64,000 bases of DNA from an uncultured cyanobacterium (GCA_963749915.1 CAVVOP010000008.1:1-64000), one strand, 5' to 3'. Numbered from the stretch's first letter, positions 1 to 11,555 are shown. Notes: generated by a model from the letters alone, not told the origin. Program-made: numbers and translations.

Positions 1-1976
1 ATAAAACCACCAATATTAGGAGCGACACCGGGTAACTTGAGAAACTCCTCCCGGAATCCGTCCAGTTGCTCCTCTTCCCGATTTTTAAGATAGATTGCTG
101 AATTCCACATCAACGTGAACCAATGACCCCTGCACCATCAGCATCTCCCGGCGCACTGGTCCTGCTGGATCTATCCATTCAAACAAAGGACTTCCCCAAA
201 CACCTAGACAAAGCCATACCTGCACGGTTAGTCATATCAAGGGAAACACCCGGAAATAATACCATCGAGTTAACCATTGATTTCTCTTGAAATTCAGGTA
301 AAAATACTCGTCCTAACGAGGGAACAAGTAGCAATAGTCGCTACTAAGGAAGCTAAAGCTAATCCGAGAATAATTTGAGGAGCTTTGACCGATAAATTCA
401 GTAGATGGTGATACAACCTTTCAGCTAAACGAGAGATGAAAGTACCTTCTTGGGGAATCTTTGATTAGCGACAAAAATCGCACATAAAGCCGGAGAAAGA
501 GTCATAGCCACTAAAGTAGAAACAGCGATTGAGAGTAAGTAAGCTAACCCCATCGGGGCAAAAATGCGACCTTCAACCCCACTTAAGCCTAAAATTGGCG
601 CAAAGACCACAATAATAATTACTGTGGAAAAATCTACCGCTATCTCACCTCTACTGAGTATTGATAGAACGACTTGCAAAGGGTGTTTCGGTAATTACCT
701 TGTGCGCCTGATTTTTGCGTAAACCTCGATAGCAGTTTTCCATGTCAACAATAGAATCATCTACTACTGAGCCTATTGCCACCACTAAACCCCAAGTTGA
801 TGGTATTAATGCCTAAACCAAAAGGCTTCATCAACATTGGCAAGCGAATCAACAGGGACAAAGGAATGGCACTAAGGTAATAGCTGGCGGTGCGCCAATT
901 CATCAAAAACAGCAACATTACCACAGAAACAATGATAATACCTCTAATTAGACTAACATTACTGATAGCGGTATCAATAAAATTGGCTTGACGAAATGTT
1001 CTGGATATTTGCACATCAGGGAAAAGTCGGCTCTAATTATTCCATCACTGCTTTGACCGCTTTAGCGACGGTGGGAGTATCATATTGCAGGTTGCTGATG
1101 GCGTCTATCAATATCATCGTAGGTCGCCCATTAACTCGGATCCCCCCCGTTTTATAGTATTTGGGTCAATTTCTGCTACATCCTCCAGTAAAATCGGTTT
1201 ATCACCTTGTACCTTAATGATAATTTCTTTAAATGATCAACGGATTAGAATCTTACTAATACCTCTAATGAGTAAGTCTTGACCCCACGAATGAGAAAAC
1301 TGCCAGGGCATTTGAATTAGCTTGTCTGGTAGCTTTGTAACTTCATTTAGAGAAACTTGGAGATATTTTAGCTTTTCGGGTCAATTAATACTTGTTCTTG
1401 GTGTTTGATCACCACCATAGATAGTTACTTGAGAAACTCCAGCCACAGATAAACTTGATTACTGAGGGTAATTTCCACTAAACGGCGTAGCTCCATTAAG
1501 GAACTTTGACCTTGACCGTTGACAGTGAACCGAATATCAAAATAGTCCCCAAAGGAGACATGAAAGGCGAAATTTCGGGAGGATGAGTACCTTCAGGGAG
1601 TTGACTTGTTACTGTTGTAAAATCTTTCCATAACAGCTTGTCTAGCTTTGTAAATATCAGCATTTTTGGTCAAATACCACGTGTACCATTGATAATCCTA
1701 CCTTAGAGGAAGATCTAACCTTTGTTACCCCGGGTAAACCATTAACCGCACTTTCAATGGGTACAGTAATTTGGGTTCCACCTCATCAGGACAAGTCCAG
1801 TGGCTTCTGTTTGAATATCCACTTGAGGAGGCAAAGATCAAATTCAGGAAAGACATCTAAGGGCATTTGGGTAATGCTGGATCAGTCCCAAACCGTGACA
1901 AAAATAGCGGCGATAACGATAAACCATCTTTGAGCAATGGAATTTTCAGTATTTGATTAAGTAATGAGTTGAGCAT
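1..1976 (-). pseudogene. CusA/CzcA (NrsA-like) heavy-metal RND efflux permease, multiply frameshifted; runs off the window edge
   Basis: Starts MLNSLLNQIL...IAQRWFIVIAA. Later fragments in different frames include FRQANFIDTAISNV, LSGVEGRIFAPMGLAY and FLPEFQEKSMVNSM. Confidence 0.9.
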
Positions 1977-2083
1977 TTTAATTATTAGGGTTATTTTACA
2001 AAAGGGCGAAAAACCTTGAGTAAATGGCTTTAGCCATTGATAAATCAGCCTTAAAGGCTTAGACTTATGAAACTAAACATCAT

Positions 2084-2783
2084 TTAATCTTGGCTACGAG
2101 GTTCTTCCTTATTTTTGCCCCCCGCCTCTCTATTTTTGCCCCCCGTCAAAGCAGGAATAGTAAAAATACCCCGTTGATCCTCATCATCCCTAAACCACCA
2201 ATGCCTAATTACGTTCAAAAATGGAAAATCCTGCTGATTTTTCACTATTTTCGGCGGAATTAACTAGATTACCTCTTTGTCGTGACTATGGGGAATTCTC
2301 GTTGATCTGCTTGCGCGTGGGTGGTAGAATCGGTAATTATTGGTTCATGGTGGTTGTTCTGGTTGTATCTGCACTTTGAGTTTTACGGTATTTTGCATAA
2401 AGGGATAAATATCCTGAGTTACTAATTTTTCTCCAATGGATAATTCTTGAGTAACTTGAATCAGAGACCTCCTTCTGTTATACCAGTAGTTACTTCCACA
2501 GGGGTTTTTATAAAAATTTTCATACTGCACAAAAACCAATTGTTCACCATCTGCATCTACTAAAGCGGTAACGGGAATCATTACCCCTACACCATCGGAA
2601 GCGGCTTTTTCAATCGCATTTACTTCAATGCCAAATAAGCCATCGGTTTCGGGATTCAACTGTACTTTCTAATTCCTGTTGCCTGAAATTCATCTCCATG
2701 TCCGACATGAGCAAATGATATACTGGAATCAAAAGTTGAAATCTTGAAGACTTAAAAGCATCTGTTAACGACAATCATTTCAT
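2084..2783 (-). pseudogene. RND periplasmic adaptor (NrsB-like), frameshifted
   Basis: Fragments AHVGHGDEFQATG, IPVTALVDADGEQLVFVQYENFY and IQVTQELSIGEKLV; lies directly upstream of the RND permease. Confidence 0.8.
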
Positions 2784-2838
2784 AGTCTTGACTTTACTTG
2801 AGCTTTATAAATTTGTTCAACATAGTTTGCCACAAGTA

Positions 2839-2858
2839 AGATGAAATTGAGATGAAAT
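2839..2858. promoter_or_regulatory. Tandem direct repeat AGATGAAAT-N2-AGATGAAAT (TTCAT repeats on the minus strand), candidate OmpR-family regulator box
   Basis: Perfect 9-bp repeat with 11-bp period about 55 bp upstream of the efflux adaptor start, divergent from an OmpR-type regulator gene. Confidence 0.6.
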
Positions 2859-2924
2859 GATGTACTGAAAGATTATAATTTTTGTAGATATAGATTATTA
2901 ATCAAATAAAAACTATTAGAATAA

Positions 2925-3003
2925 TAGACATCTCCAATAATTCCCAAAACAAGGGCAGAAGCTCTTACTACAAGCCAATCAAATATTTTTGTGGAGAAGT
3001 CTA
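2925..3003. mobile_element. 79-bp MITE-like element
   Basis: Terminal inverted repeats TAGACATCTCCA / TGGAGAAGTCTA (11 of 12 match). Confidence 0.55.
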
Positions 3004-3561
3004 ATCTGTTTTCTAATAAATATAGAATTATGCACAAAGAAAATTAGAAAAATGAGACTCTCACTATTTTTATTTTGGATAATCAAAAGGTGAGAAAAAA
3101 AACCCAAATAGTCATGGCTTTAACTGTGATCACTATGATCATAATTTCAGCTGCCTATATTCATGTATTAGGATATGCTTCAACTTCTGTTTTGGCCATT
3201 GTAGTCCTCTTTAGTAGAAACTCACTATCCTCAATCCTAATATTACAAAAAATTACTGCAACATATTCCTAAATTGACTCATATTTTAATAGAGGTAAAT
3301 TGTTGTGATGGAGAAACCTTGTTTTTCAGAAAATTTAACTTATGTTACTCATTAGACATTGATAATTTCCATTGGTACGATTCCTCATGGTATTATTTAT
3401 AGCTGTAAGTCTGGCAAAATAGGGTTTTTAGGCTTTGAAATAAAGAAAAATTAGGCATCATGAGTTAGTGTTGTTACTCAAGATAGTTACTTAGAGTATT
3501 CAAAAATTAGATGAAATTAAAGTAATTAAGATAAAATGACAACTGTTATCAAATCTGAAAA

Positions 3562-4257
3562 ATGCGAGTTTTACTGGTGGAAGACGAAGAAGATTTAGGA
3601 TTAGCTATTAAGCAAGTTTTAGTGAGTGAAAAATATGTAGTTGATTGGGCAATTAATGGTAATCAAGCATGGAAGTTATTTGCAACATGGATGGTTATTA
3701 TACTGTTGCTATATTTGATTGGCTAGTGCTCTATTTATCAGGTTTAGAGTTATGTCAAAGACTCAGACAACAAAAAAATCCTTTGCTGTAGTCTGATGTT
3801 AACTGCTTTGGGTGATGCTCAATCCCGTGTCACTGGTTTAGATGCTGTGTCTATGACTATTTGGTTAAACCTTTTGTGATGGAAGAATTATTAGCAAGAT
3901 TAAGTCAATAGACATTTCTTAATTTCAACCTCAAACTTTAAGTAAAGGGGATTTAGATCTTTGATGATGCGAATAATACTGTAATTTGTGAATTAGTTAC
4001 CCCTTCACAAACTATCCCTTTCAACCGTGAAAGAATTTCAAAATTCTTCGCTTATTTAATGCAAAATTCAGATCGCATCATTTCAGGAAGTAAAATTAGA
4101 TATTAGTTATGGGATTTTGATACCGAGGCAGTAAGTAATGTGGTAGCGGCACAAATGCGTTTATTACGCCTGAAATTAACAACTTATGGTTGTGACTGTC
4201 CGATTGAAACTATTAAAGGACAAGGTTATCGTTTTAATAGTAATCTTTCAGGAGTAA
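3562..4257 (+). pseudogene. rppA: OmpR-family response regulator (RppA/NrsR-like), frameshifted
   Basis: Reads MRVLLVEDEEDLGLAIKQVLVSEKYVVDW, then SNVVAAQMRLLR and CPIETIKGQGYRF in shifting frames. Confidence 0.8.
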
Positions 4258-4281
4258 AATAATAGTTTTGAATTAGTGTCC

Positions 4282-5676
4282 ATGAATACTTCGTTGAGCT
4301 ATTTCGTTATAGTCGTCTTCGTTTTAGCCTTTTGGTATGCTGGAGTGATGGCAATTATTTAAGTTATTAAGGTTCATTGTCTCATCGATTTATTCAATCT
4401 AAATGGTATGTGATGGAAAGGGAATCAGAATCAATTGAAACTCTCCATGATAGCTTAGAACGAATGTTACGAATTCAGGAGAAGTAATGTAGTTTGACAA
4501 CTAAATTCCGCGAGTATTATTAGATAAATAAACCTTGTCAGGTTCAGCCCAAATTAATTGAACCAACATACTACAGGTATTAGCGATCGCAATACACACC
4601 ATATTCGCCTCTATGATTATCGACCAAAAATTACTTGCGTTGACCCCTAGTCAACCTTTAGGAAATTTCCCCTAACTCCCAGTTTAACAACAATCATGGC
4701 ATACCTTTCGTAGTGATGATGGTATTCGCTATCATCAGTTTACAATTATGTTACATGCTCAAGAAGGAGTCATATACTCATCAAGGGAATCATTCTCACC
4801 TTCTTGGGGTTACTTACAAATTGGACGCACTTCTCAGCCAGTTTTGATGCTGAGGTCTAAATGTTTGCAATGGATTTTCCTGATAGCTTTTCTTTTAGCT
4901 TTAGTTTTTGTAATCATTTCTAGTTGGTGGCTTTCTGGTTTAGCGATGCAGCCAATTTACCAATCCTATCAGCAAAAACAACAGTTTACAGCTAATGCGG
5001 CTCATGAATTACGCTCTTCCCTTGCTAGTCTCTTAGCTACAGTAGAAGCAATGTTACGTATACCTTCAGATTAATCTCAGGATTTAGCGGTGATGTTAGA
5101 AACTGTGGAAAGATAAGGAAGGCGTTTAAGCTATTTAATTACAGATTTACTATTTTTGAGCAATCTTGAGCAAATTCTTGGAACGATAGCCTTTCAACCT
5201 TGTTGTTTAAATGATCTCATTAGTGATTTAACTGAAGAATTTTAGAATTAGTGTACGGCAAATGGATTGAATTAAGTAACTGACATGCCTGCTGAGGGAA
5301 TTACGTTTTCGGGAATGAATCTCAACTTTATCGTTTAGTTTGTAATTTGATTAGTAATGCTATTCAATATACCCCTAGTGGAGGGGAAGTCAAAGTAGGT
5401 TTAAGAGTCGAAAGAGCGTGACTGCTGTTATTAAGGTTAAAGATACAGGAATTGGGATTGATTGAGCAGTAAACAAAACAAAATTTGGGATGTTGTTGAC
5501 CGTATTGATGTGCGATCGCTCTCGTCATAGTGGAGGTACAGGTTCTGGGTTTAGCAATTGCCAAAGCGATCACTGTCAAACATAAAGCTCATCTTCAAGT
5601 AAAAAGTCAGTTACAACAGGGAAGTATTTTTACTTTCGAGATGGCACTCTTCAATTTTCGAGATGGATTGCTTTAA
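4282..5676 (+). pseudogene. rppB: Sensor histidine kinase (RppB/NrsS-like), with stops and frameshifts
   Basis: H-box QQFTANAAHELRS, N-box NLISNAIQYTP and G-box SGGTGSGLAIAKAI; WGYLQIGR motif. Confidence 0.8.
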
Positions 5677-5747
5677 TCTTATAAGGTTAGTAAAAATTTT
5701 AGGATCTCGATAAGGTTTCATAATTTTGGCGAAGGTATTGAAGAGTG

Positions 5748-5781
5748 AGGTATCAGGTGGCTGGTATCAGGTGTCAGGTGT
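5748..5781 (+). repeat. Heptamer tandem repeat array (AGGTRTC-like)
   Basis: aggtatc aggtggc tggtatc aggtgtc aggtgt. Confidence 0.8.
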
Positions 5782-5796
5782 GAAAATACCAAAAAT

Positions 5797-5979
5797 TTAT
5801 CGTGACGAATTCTGGTTGATTTTTTTCTTTTGACCGAGTTTTTCCATCAAGGTATATAACATTTTGCCAATTTCATCACACTTGTTTAATACTGGTTCTA
5901 ATTGTTGGGGTTTCAGATAGCCTAATCGTTGAACAATAAGCAAAACTGTCAAATCCCGATAACTTTTTACTTCAATCAT
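5797..5979 (-). pseudogene. Four-helix-bundle protein (23S rRNA IVP/S23 family), internally deleted
   Basis: N-terminal motif KSYRDLTV is joined directly to the C-terminal motif LLIVQRLGYL...DEIGKML; only 60 aa. Confidence 0.75.
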
Positions 5980-5985
5980 GTCTGG

Positions 5986-6039
5986 AAAACCTAAAACCTA
6001 ATACCTGAGACCTGAGACCTAATATCTAAAACCTAACAC
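5986..6039 (+). repeat. Heptamer tandem repeat array (ACCT-core), inverted relative to the 5748 array
   Basis: aaaacct aaaacct aatacct gagacct gagacct aatatct aaaacct. Confidence 0.8.
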
Positions 6040-6868
6040 ATGAGTGCGTAACCTCAGTTATTTAATTAGAAAGGAGTAAATATGACGTCACTTTCATTGA
6101 TGAAATGGCATAAAGCTTCATTCATTTCCTCCCATGAATTGACTTCGATCGGCGAATGCCGGCGCTGCGCGATTGCTTCTATTATTTATGGAAAAAACGG
6201 CAAAATATGGTTTTTTTTGTCAGAACGAGGATAGAAAGACAATGCGAGCTTCTGGGGTTTTGGCTCCCCATTTTATGGATGATTTTTTTGTTAACATAAT
6301 ATTAGCGGTTAGTTTTTTGCTGAACCGGTTATTGAATAAAGAAAAGACCCTTAGAACCGCCAAAGTTTGGGGGTTTTTTCTATAGCTATATTATAATATT
6401 TGTTATTAGAAATATCTACTATATTTTCTATTATTTTCTATTAATAAAAAAGACCATAAATGCTTTATTTACGAGCAATAGCCCTTGCCCAGATTCTGCA
6501 TTTTGTGGGCGATCGGCAAGGGCGGCAAACCTATTATGGTGAGCGAGATAAATTTGCCTCGCAGAGACAGGAATTGAAAACCTTAGCTAGAGCTTTTATT
6601 GAATGCCTCGCAGAGGCAGGGATTTTCAGGGCGGATGAGCGGCGGAAACCACCACGAGGGCAAAGAAAAAAGGGCACAGAGCCAAACCCTTACCCCACCC
6701 CCCTCACCACTTCAAAAAACCAATCTAAACTAGAGAGCAAACACCCAAGACAAGCATCATCACCGCATATAAACCTCTACCAGTGTGAGTAGTCTCCTCA
6801 CGAACGGTGATAAAATGCGCAGTCGTGTTTGCGAACGAAATAACCGAGCGATTAGCGAGACAACTCAA

Positions 6869-7033
6869 TAAGTGTTTAGGACAAAATTAATTTCAGATTA
6901 ATAATGAACTTAAATCTCATTACTGTTACCTATTAGTTCTCTAATTTTAGACACGAGATAGTAACAGTTATATAATATTAAATATGATTAAAAATCATCG
7001 CTCTAAATAGAATCAAAAAATGCAACTAACACT
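6869..7033. mobile_element. MITE-like remnant replacing the right end of the IS4
   Basis: Begins TAAGTGTTTAGGACAAAATT, has a weak inverted match GCAACTAACACTT at the other end and an internal ACTGTTAC...GTAACAGT inverted repeat. Confidence 0.4.
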
Positions 7034-8190
7034 TTCATTATTTCATCTTTTGCTTTCAACCCTCGGTGATAAAACGTTAACTTGTTACTATTTAAACTTA
7101 TTATTTTATTAATTTCCTCTTGATATTTTTCATATTTATTTGCCCAACTTTCACCATATAAACCAATCCAAAATTCACTGTTTCTTTTTGTTTTTCTTCT
7201 TTTTTCTTGTGGCCTTCCTATATATTTTTGCTGTCCTTTATTTTTAATTATTCTTCCCTTCAATGTTTGCTTTGTATAGGTCATAGCAATCAATAAAATT
7301 ACATTAGTTAGTCTTTGTATATTTGCTTTACTTCCTTCTAAATTATAACCTCCTGTTTTATAATCTTTGAACATCATTTCAATACCCATTCTTTGCTCAT
7401 AAATCTTGATTACTTCTATTTCATTCTCTAATGATGTTAAGATATACCATGGTTCTTCACTACTTTTATTTTTTCTTTTTCTTTGATGATATATTGCTAA
7501 ATTATGTCGGCTAAAACCAGTCTTTTTTGTAACTTTTATCCCCATCTTTATCTGCTTTACTTCCCTTTCAATCTCTATATCTGATAGTTTTTCATACTTT
7601 TTACCCCCTCGATGATAAAAAGTACCCTGTTTTTGTCTGAGGGCAAAATCGATTTTATTTTTCCTTTTTTGTTTCTCTTGTTTCAACCATGTAGCTAACT
7701 CAATGGAATGAAATTCTCTATCTCCTATGATCATAATATGATATTTATTTAACAATTTGATTACTGGTCGAATTAATGCTTTTTGTTCTTGAAGATTACT
7801 CGCCCCTTTTTTGTTCAAAATAGTCCAATAAATTGGCAATGCACGACGAGAATAAATTAAACTAATCATAAAGACATTATTCTCTTGCCATTGAGTTCGA
7901 TCTAAAGCGATTATCAAGGGAAAATTACAGGGAATTTGTTGATGAATAATTGTGAGAATAATAGGAAACCAAATTAAACTAATACTTAAACCCGTAAGCA
8001 CTAAAAATCTTTGAATGTGTCTTCGGCGACTTTCAAACAAAATTGGCAAGGGAAAATAAGTGGCTAAGGTTTCTATTTTAACTTGTTTATACTGATTTAA
8101 TAAACCAATTAAAATTGATAATGTTTGAAATTGTGTTGGTTTTAAATATCGATTTAAATGTGTTTCAAAATCTTTTAACAAACTAATCAT
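7003..8190 (-). CDS. IS4-family DDE transposase
   Basis: Motifs IIALDRTQW and IIGDREFHS; YxxRMGIEMMFKDYKTGGYNLE is the YREK signature. Confidence 0.93.
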   Translation of the reverse strand: MISLLKDFETHLNRYLKPTQFQTLSILIGLLNQYKQVKIETLATYFPLPILFESRRRHIQRFLVLTGLSISLIWFPIILTIIHQQIPCNFPLIIALDRTQWQENNVFMISLIYSRRALPIYWTILNKKGASNLQEQKALIRPVIKLLNKYHIMIIGDREFHSIELATWLKQEKQKRKNKIDFALRQKQGTFYHRGGKKYEKLSDIEIEREVKQIKMGIKVTKKTGFSRHNLAIYHQRKRKNKSSEEPWYILTSLENEIEVIKIYEQRMGIEMMFKDYKTGGYNLEGSKANIQRLTNVILLIAMTYTKQTLKGRIIKNKGQQKYIGRPQEKRRKTKRNSEFWIGLYGESWANKYEKYQEEINKIISLNSNKLTFYHRGLKAKDEIMKVLVAFFDSI

Positions 8191-8387
8191 TATTAGTAAG
8201 AAATATAATTACAAGTACTAATTGTGCCAGATTTTGTCTGTTATTTAACCAGCATTAAAAGAACACTTAATATTTATGGTGTCGCTATATTCTCAATAAG
8301 AAATTAGATTTGAGTTAATTTAAAAGTCAACTTAGCTCTTAAAATGTTTACAGTTTAATCGTTTCAGAGGTGTCGTCACCCCTTCAG
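7003..8387 (-). mobile_element. IS4-family element with only the upstream terminal repeat recognisable
   Basis: GTCACCCCTTCAG end at 8375-8387; no matching inverted copy near 7000. Confidence 0.7.
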
Positions 8388-8388
8388 C

Positions 8389-8702
8389 AGCAATCGTTTA
8401 CCTTTATTAAAATTACCAGAAGATTTGTTGGAATCTTTAAAAAAGGGAGAAATTGCTTATACTAAGGCTAAAGCGATCCCTAAGATATATGATGCAGAAG
8501 CAAGGAAGAAGTTATTAGATGAGGCGATTTCCTCTGCATTATCTTTAACTCAAATCAATGAGAGGGTGACGGCGATGACACCTAAGAAAAAATATGAGTT
8601 GCGCGATCGCTTTGATGCTACTTATAAGCAAGTAAGAAAAGCGAAGGGTATCTGGCAAGATCCTCAAAAGCAGAAGAAGTTGAAGTCTCTTCTGCTTGAT
8701 TT
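8389..8702 (+). pseudogene. ParB/Spo0J partition protein, C-terminal fragment (plasmid type)
   Basis: SNRLPLLKLPEDLLESLKKGEIAYTKAKAI...LLDEAISSALSLTQI...WQDPQKQKKL; the 5' part is cut off by the IS4. Confidence 0.8.
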
Positions 8703-8854
8703 AAGTTTCTGGAGAGTGACCGATACTGTTGGCGAACTTAACAAAAAGAGGAAAAGAAGAAATCTATTTGCGAATTAGGTTTAGGAAAATAAACTCGTTC
8801 AACGCTTTTTCCAGCAGGAAGCGATCGCCGGCGCATCTTTTATCATCTTACAAA

Positions 8855-8873
8855 GTGACGTGCGGAATGTGGG
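8855..8873 (+). mobile_element. Isolated IS1634-type terminal repeat
   Basis: TGACGTGCGGAATGTGGG, identical to the MITE end at 49022-49039. Confidence 0.65.
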
Positions 8874-8943
8874 TTAAGATGTTTGCCGAAGTTGTATTAC
8901 ATGAAGAGAAAAGCTGTTAGCATTTCACCATCGCCATCGTTTA

Positions 8944-10927
8944 TTAGAAAAAATAACTAGATTTGATAGTAGTTTGATTAGTTTTGTTATCATAATCTAA
9001 AAGATACTCTCGTGCGATCGCTTGTTTATCTCGCAAAAAATTAACTTCCGATTCACCAATTTCTGTGTCAGTGGAAAGTAAAATCACCTGATGAGAAGCA
9101 GTAGGGAAATAACGTTCAATTAAATTATAACGGTGAGAAGAATCCAATCGCCCAAGGGGAGTATCAATGGCAATAGGTAAATTTTTCCCCGAAACCCTTG
9201 CCAATCCCCATAACAAAGCAATGGCTAATAATTGTTTTTCCCCCGCTGATAAGCGATTTTTGGGGATAACGAAACCCTGATGATCGTACAAGCTTAAGGC
9301 AAAAGTATCCGCATCAATAGCCACTTTTGCCACAAAATTTGATTTATGGAGTAGATAACGGAAACAATTGGTTACCTCTAATTCTAATTTATTTAATTTT
9401 CTCAAGGTTAACTTATGTTTAAATAAACTCAAAGTCTGTTTAACCTTTGGCATCATTCCAACGATATGCTGTACTTGCAAACTTTTTAAATTATTTTCAC
9501 CATAATTACTGAGTTTTTTTCTAACTTCTGTGATTTTCTTTTCCACTGCATTTAAAGTTTGTTTAATGGTTTCACACTTAGTTTTTATATTAACTAAAGC
9601 CTTTTCTTGATCCTGATATTCTTGCTCCAAATTTTGGTACGCTTCAGGAAAATTAATACGAATAGTTGTTTCTTCTATGGTAATTAATTCCTTGTCTAAT
9701 TGACTTAATTTAATTAACTTTTCTTTTACTTGACTTTGTTGATTGGGGAGTAAATTTTGTAAAATATTATCAAGTTTAGGTAAAGTAATGTCTTCCGCTT
9801 CTAAATAAATCTCGTGAGAATTTAGCTGTTGTTGTAAAAATAAATTTTCTGACTGTAAAAAATCTTTTACTTGACTATATTTATGAGCATCAATATCTAA
9901 ATTTTTCAGAAAAGATAATAATTTTTGATTCTTTTTCTTGCCATAAACCTTGAGAGTTTTTAATTTGCAATAATTTTGATTCTTCTTCAAGTTTGATTTT
10001 TAAATTACATAACAAATCTCTGATTAAACTTAAAGGAGAACTCTGACTAGCCAAATATCTCAATTCCAAGCAAATATTTTCTCTATCATTCTCTAAAGAC
10101 TTTTGTTCATGGCATAATTTATGTTTTTCTGCCGCAACTTTTCCGCCTTCATTTTTGAGATTATCAGAAGCCTGACGATAAGTTTTGCTATTTATTTTAA
10201 GTTGTTTCTCCTCTATTCTTAATTCTTCTAATAGAGTTTTTTTATGTTCTTCTAATAACAACAATTCACTTTCAACATCGGGGAAATTTTGACCATCAAT
10301 TTCCTGATCTAATGCCTTATCCTTTCTATTAATTAAAACATCCAAATCGAGGACTAATTTATCAGCTAATTCTAGACCCAGTAAAGATTTCATGGCTTCT
10401 TTAACGGCATTAGTAGGCAAATCTTGTTCCGCCAATTCTTTAACTTGTTCACCATCAAATAAAAATAAATTAGAAATTCCTAAAGGCAAAAAATTTTCAA
10501 CATATTCATCCCAATTTTCTGTTAAATTTATGTCAGGAAATTCTCCTTCAATAATCCCTAAATTATCCTTACCATCTTTAACATTTTTTCCCCAATGTCT
10601 AACAATTTTTAATTCTAGCCATTGATCATTCACTATATGCTCAAAAGTTAACTCAATTCTGGTTTTTTCCCCAAGAGAAATTTGATTATTAACACACTGA
10701 ATTAGAAAGTCGTTATAACTTAAATTTTCTCGATTAGAACAATCAGATCTTCTACCATAAAGTGCCAATCTAATACTATCCATCAAAGTGGTTTTTCCAC
10801 CACCATTCATTCCTCCAAATAAAATTATCGGAGCATCATCTATTCCTTGTTTTGGGATTAAATTAATAACATTTTTCCCTTTATAAGGACCAAAATTTTC
10901 TAACACTAATTCTTTAAAAATCATCAT
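8944..10927 (-). pseudogene. dndD: DNA sulfur modification protein DndD, split by one frameshift near 9922-9936
   Basis: N-half has ENFGPYKG and the Walker A GMNGGGKTT. C-half has LSAGEKQLLAIALLWGLA, IDTPLGRLDSSHR and YFPTASHQVILLSTDTEI. The two ORFs overlap. Confidence 0.93.
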
Positions 10928-10949
10928 GTAAGATTATAATTTAAGGTGC

Positions 10950-11555
10950 TTAATACCTTCCTCCACGCATATCAAAATGAAATCTGGCAATGCCTAAATA
11001 TAAACTCTTGGGGTTATTTCCTTGAGGATAAACAGTGACCCCAAATTGATATATACCACCATAAAGAGGATTTTTAGCACGAATAGCTAATCTAAGTTTG
11101 TCGCCGGGTTTTGCGGGTTGTAATAAATCAATAATAATCCCATTTTGATTATTGGTAACATTCAAAGTACTATTAACATCAAGAGATTTGTTACCTTGAT
11201 TAAGAAGAAAAGCCCTAGTTTTATCGGGTAAAAAATCAACAGTTTCTAAATTTACTTGTTGATTAATAACTATTTGTTGCAAATTATTTCCAGCATTTTC
11301 AGGGATTTCAATGTCAAAAATATATGTAGAGATAACATCAGGTAAAGTAAAAGTTGACGTACTTCTAATTAAGCGAGGGGAAGAACGAAAAAAGTTTATT
11401 TCTATGGGAGAGACTTGTGCTAATGTTGGTTGAAAAAATGCCTTATTTTTGGTATGTACAAATGACAATAGAATAAGAAAAACAAGGAAACTAAAAGACA
11501 AAAAAAAGTAGTTTTTAATTCTCAAAAACTGTATGATAATCTGAAAACTTTTCAT
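10950..11555 (-). CDS. DUF2808 family exported protein
   Basis: N-terminal hydrophobic segment; FFRSSPRLI, NPLYGGIYQFGVTVYPQG and LYLGIARF motifs. Confidence 0.75.
   Translation of the reverse strand: MKSFQIIIQFLRIKNYFFLSFSFLVFLILLSFVHTKNKAFFQPTLAQVSPIEINFFRSSPRLIRSTSTFTLPDVISTYIFDIEIPENAGNNLQQIVINQQVNLETVDFLPDKTRAFLLNQGNKSLDVNSTLNVTNNQNGIIIDLLQPAKPGDKLRLAIRAKNPLYGGIYQFGVTVYPQGNNPKSLYLGIARFHFDMRGGRY

Noticed and set aside
5797..5979. Diversity-generating retroelement (Avd-like gene)
   Set aside because: No reverse transcriptase and no template/variable repeat pair in the window.
8729..8920. 63-aa ORF
   Set aside because: Spans a junction of unrelated fragments; VTCGMWV is just the translated element end.
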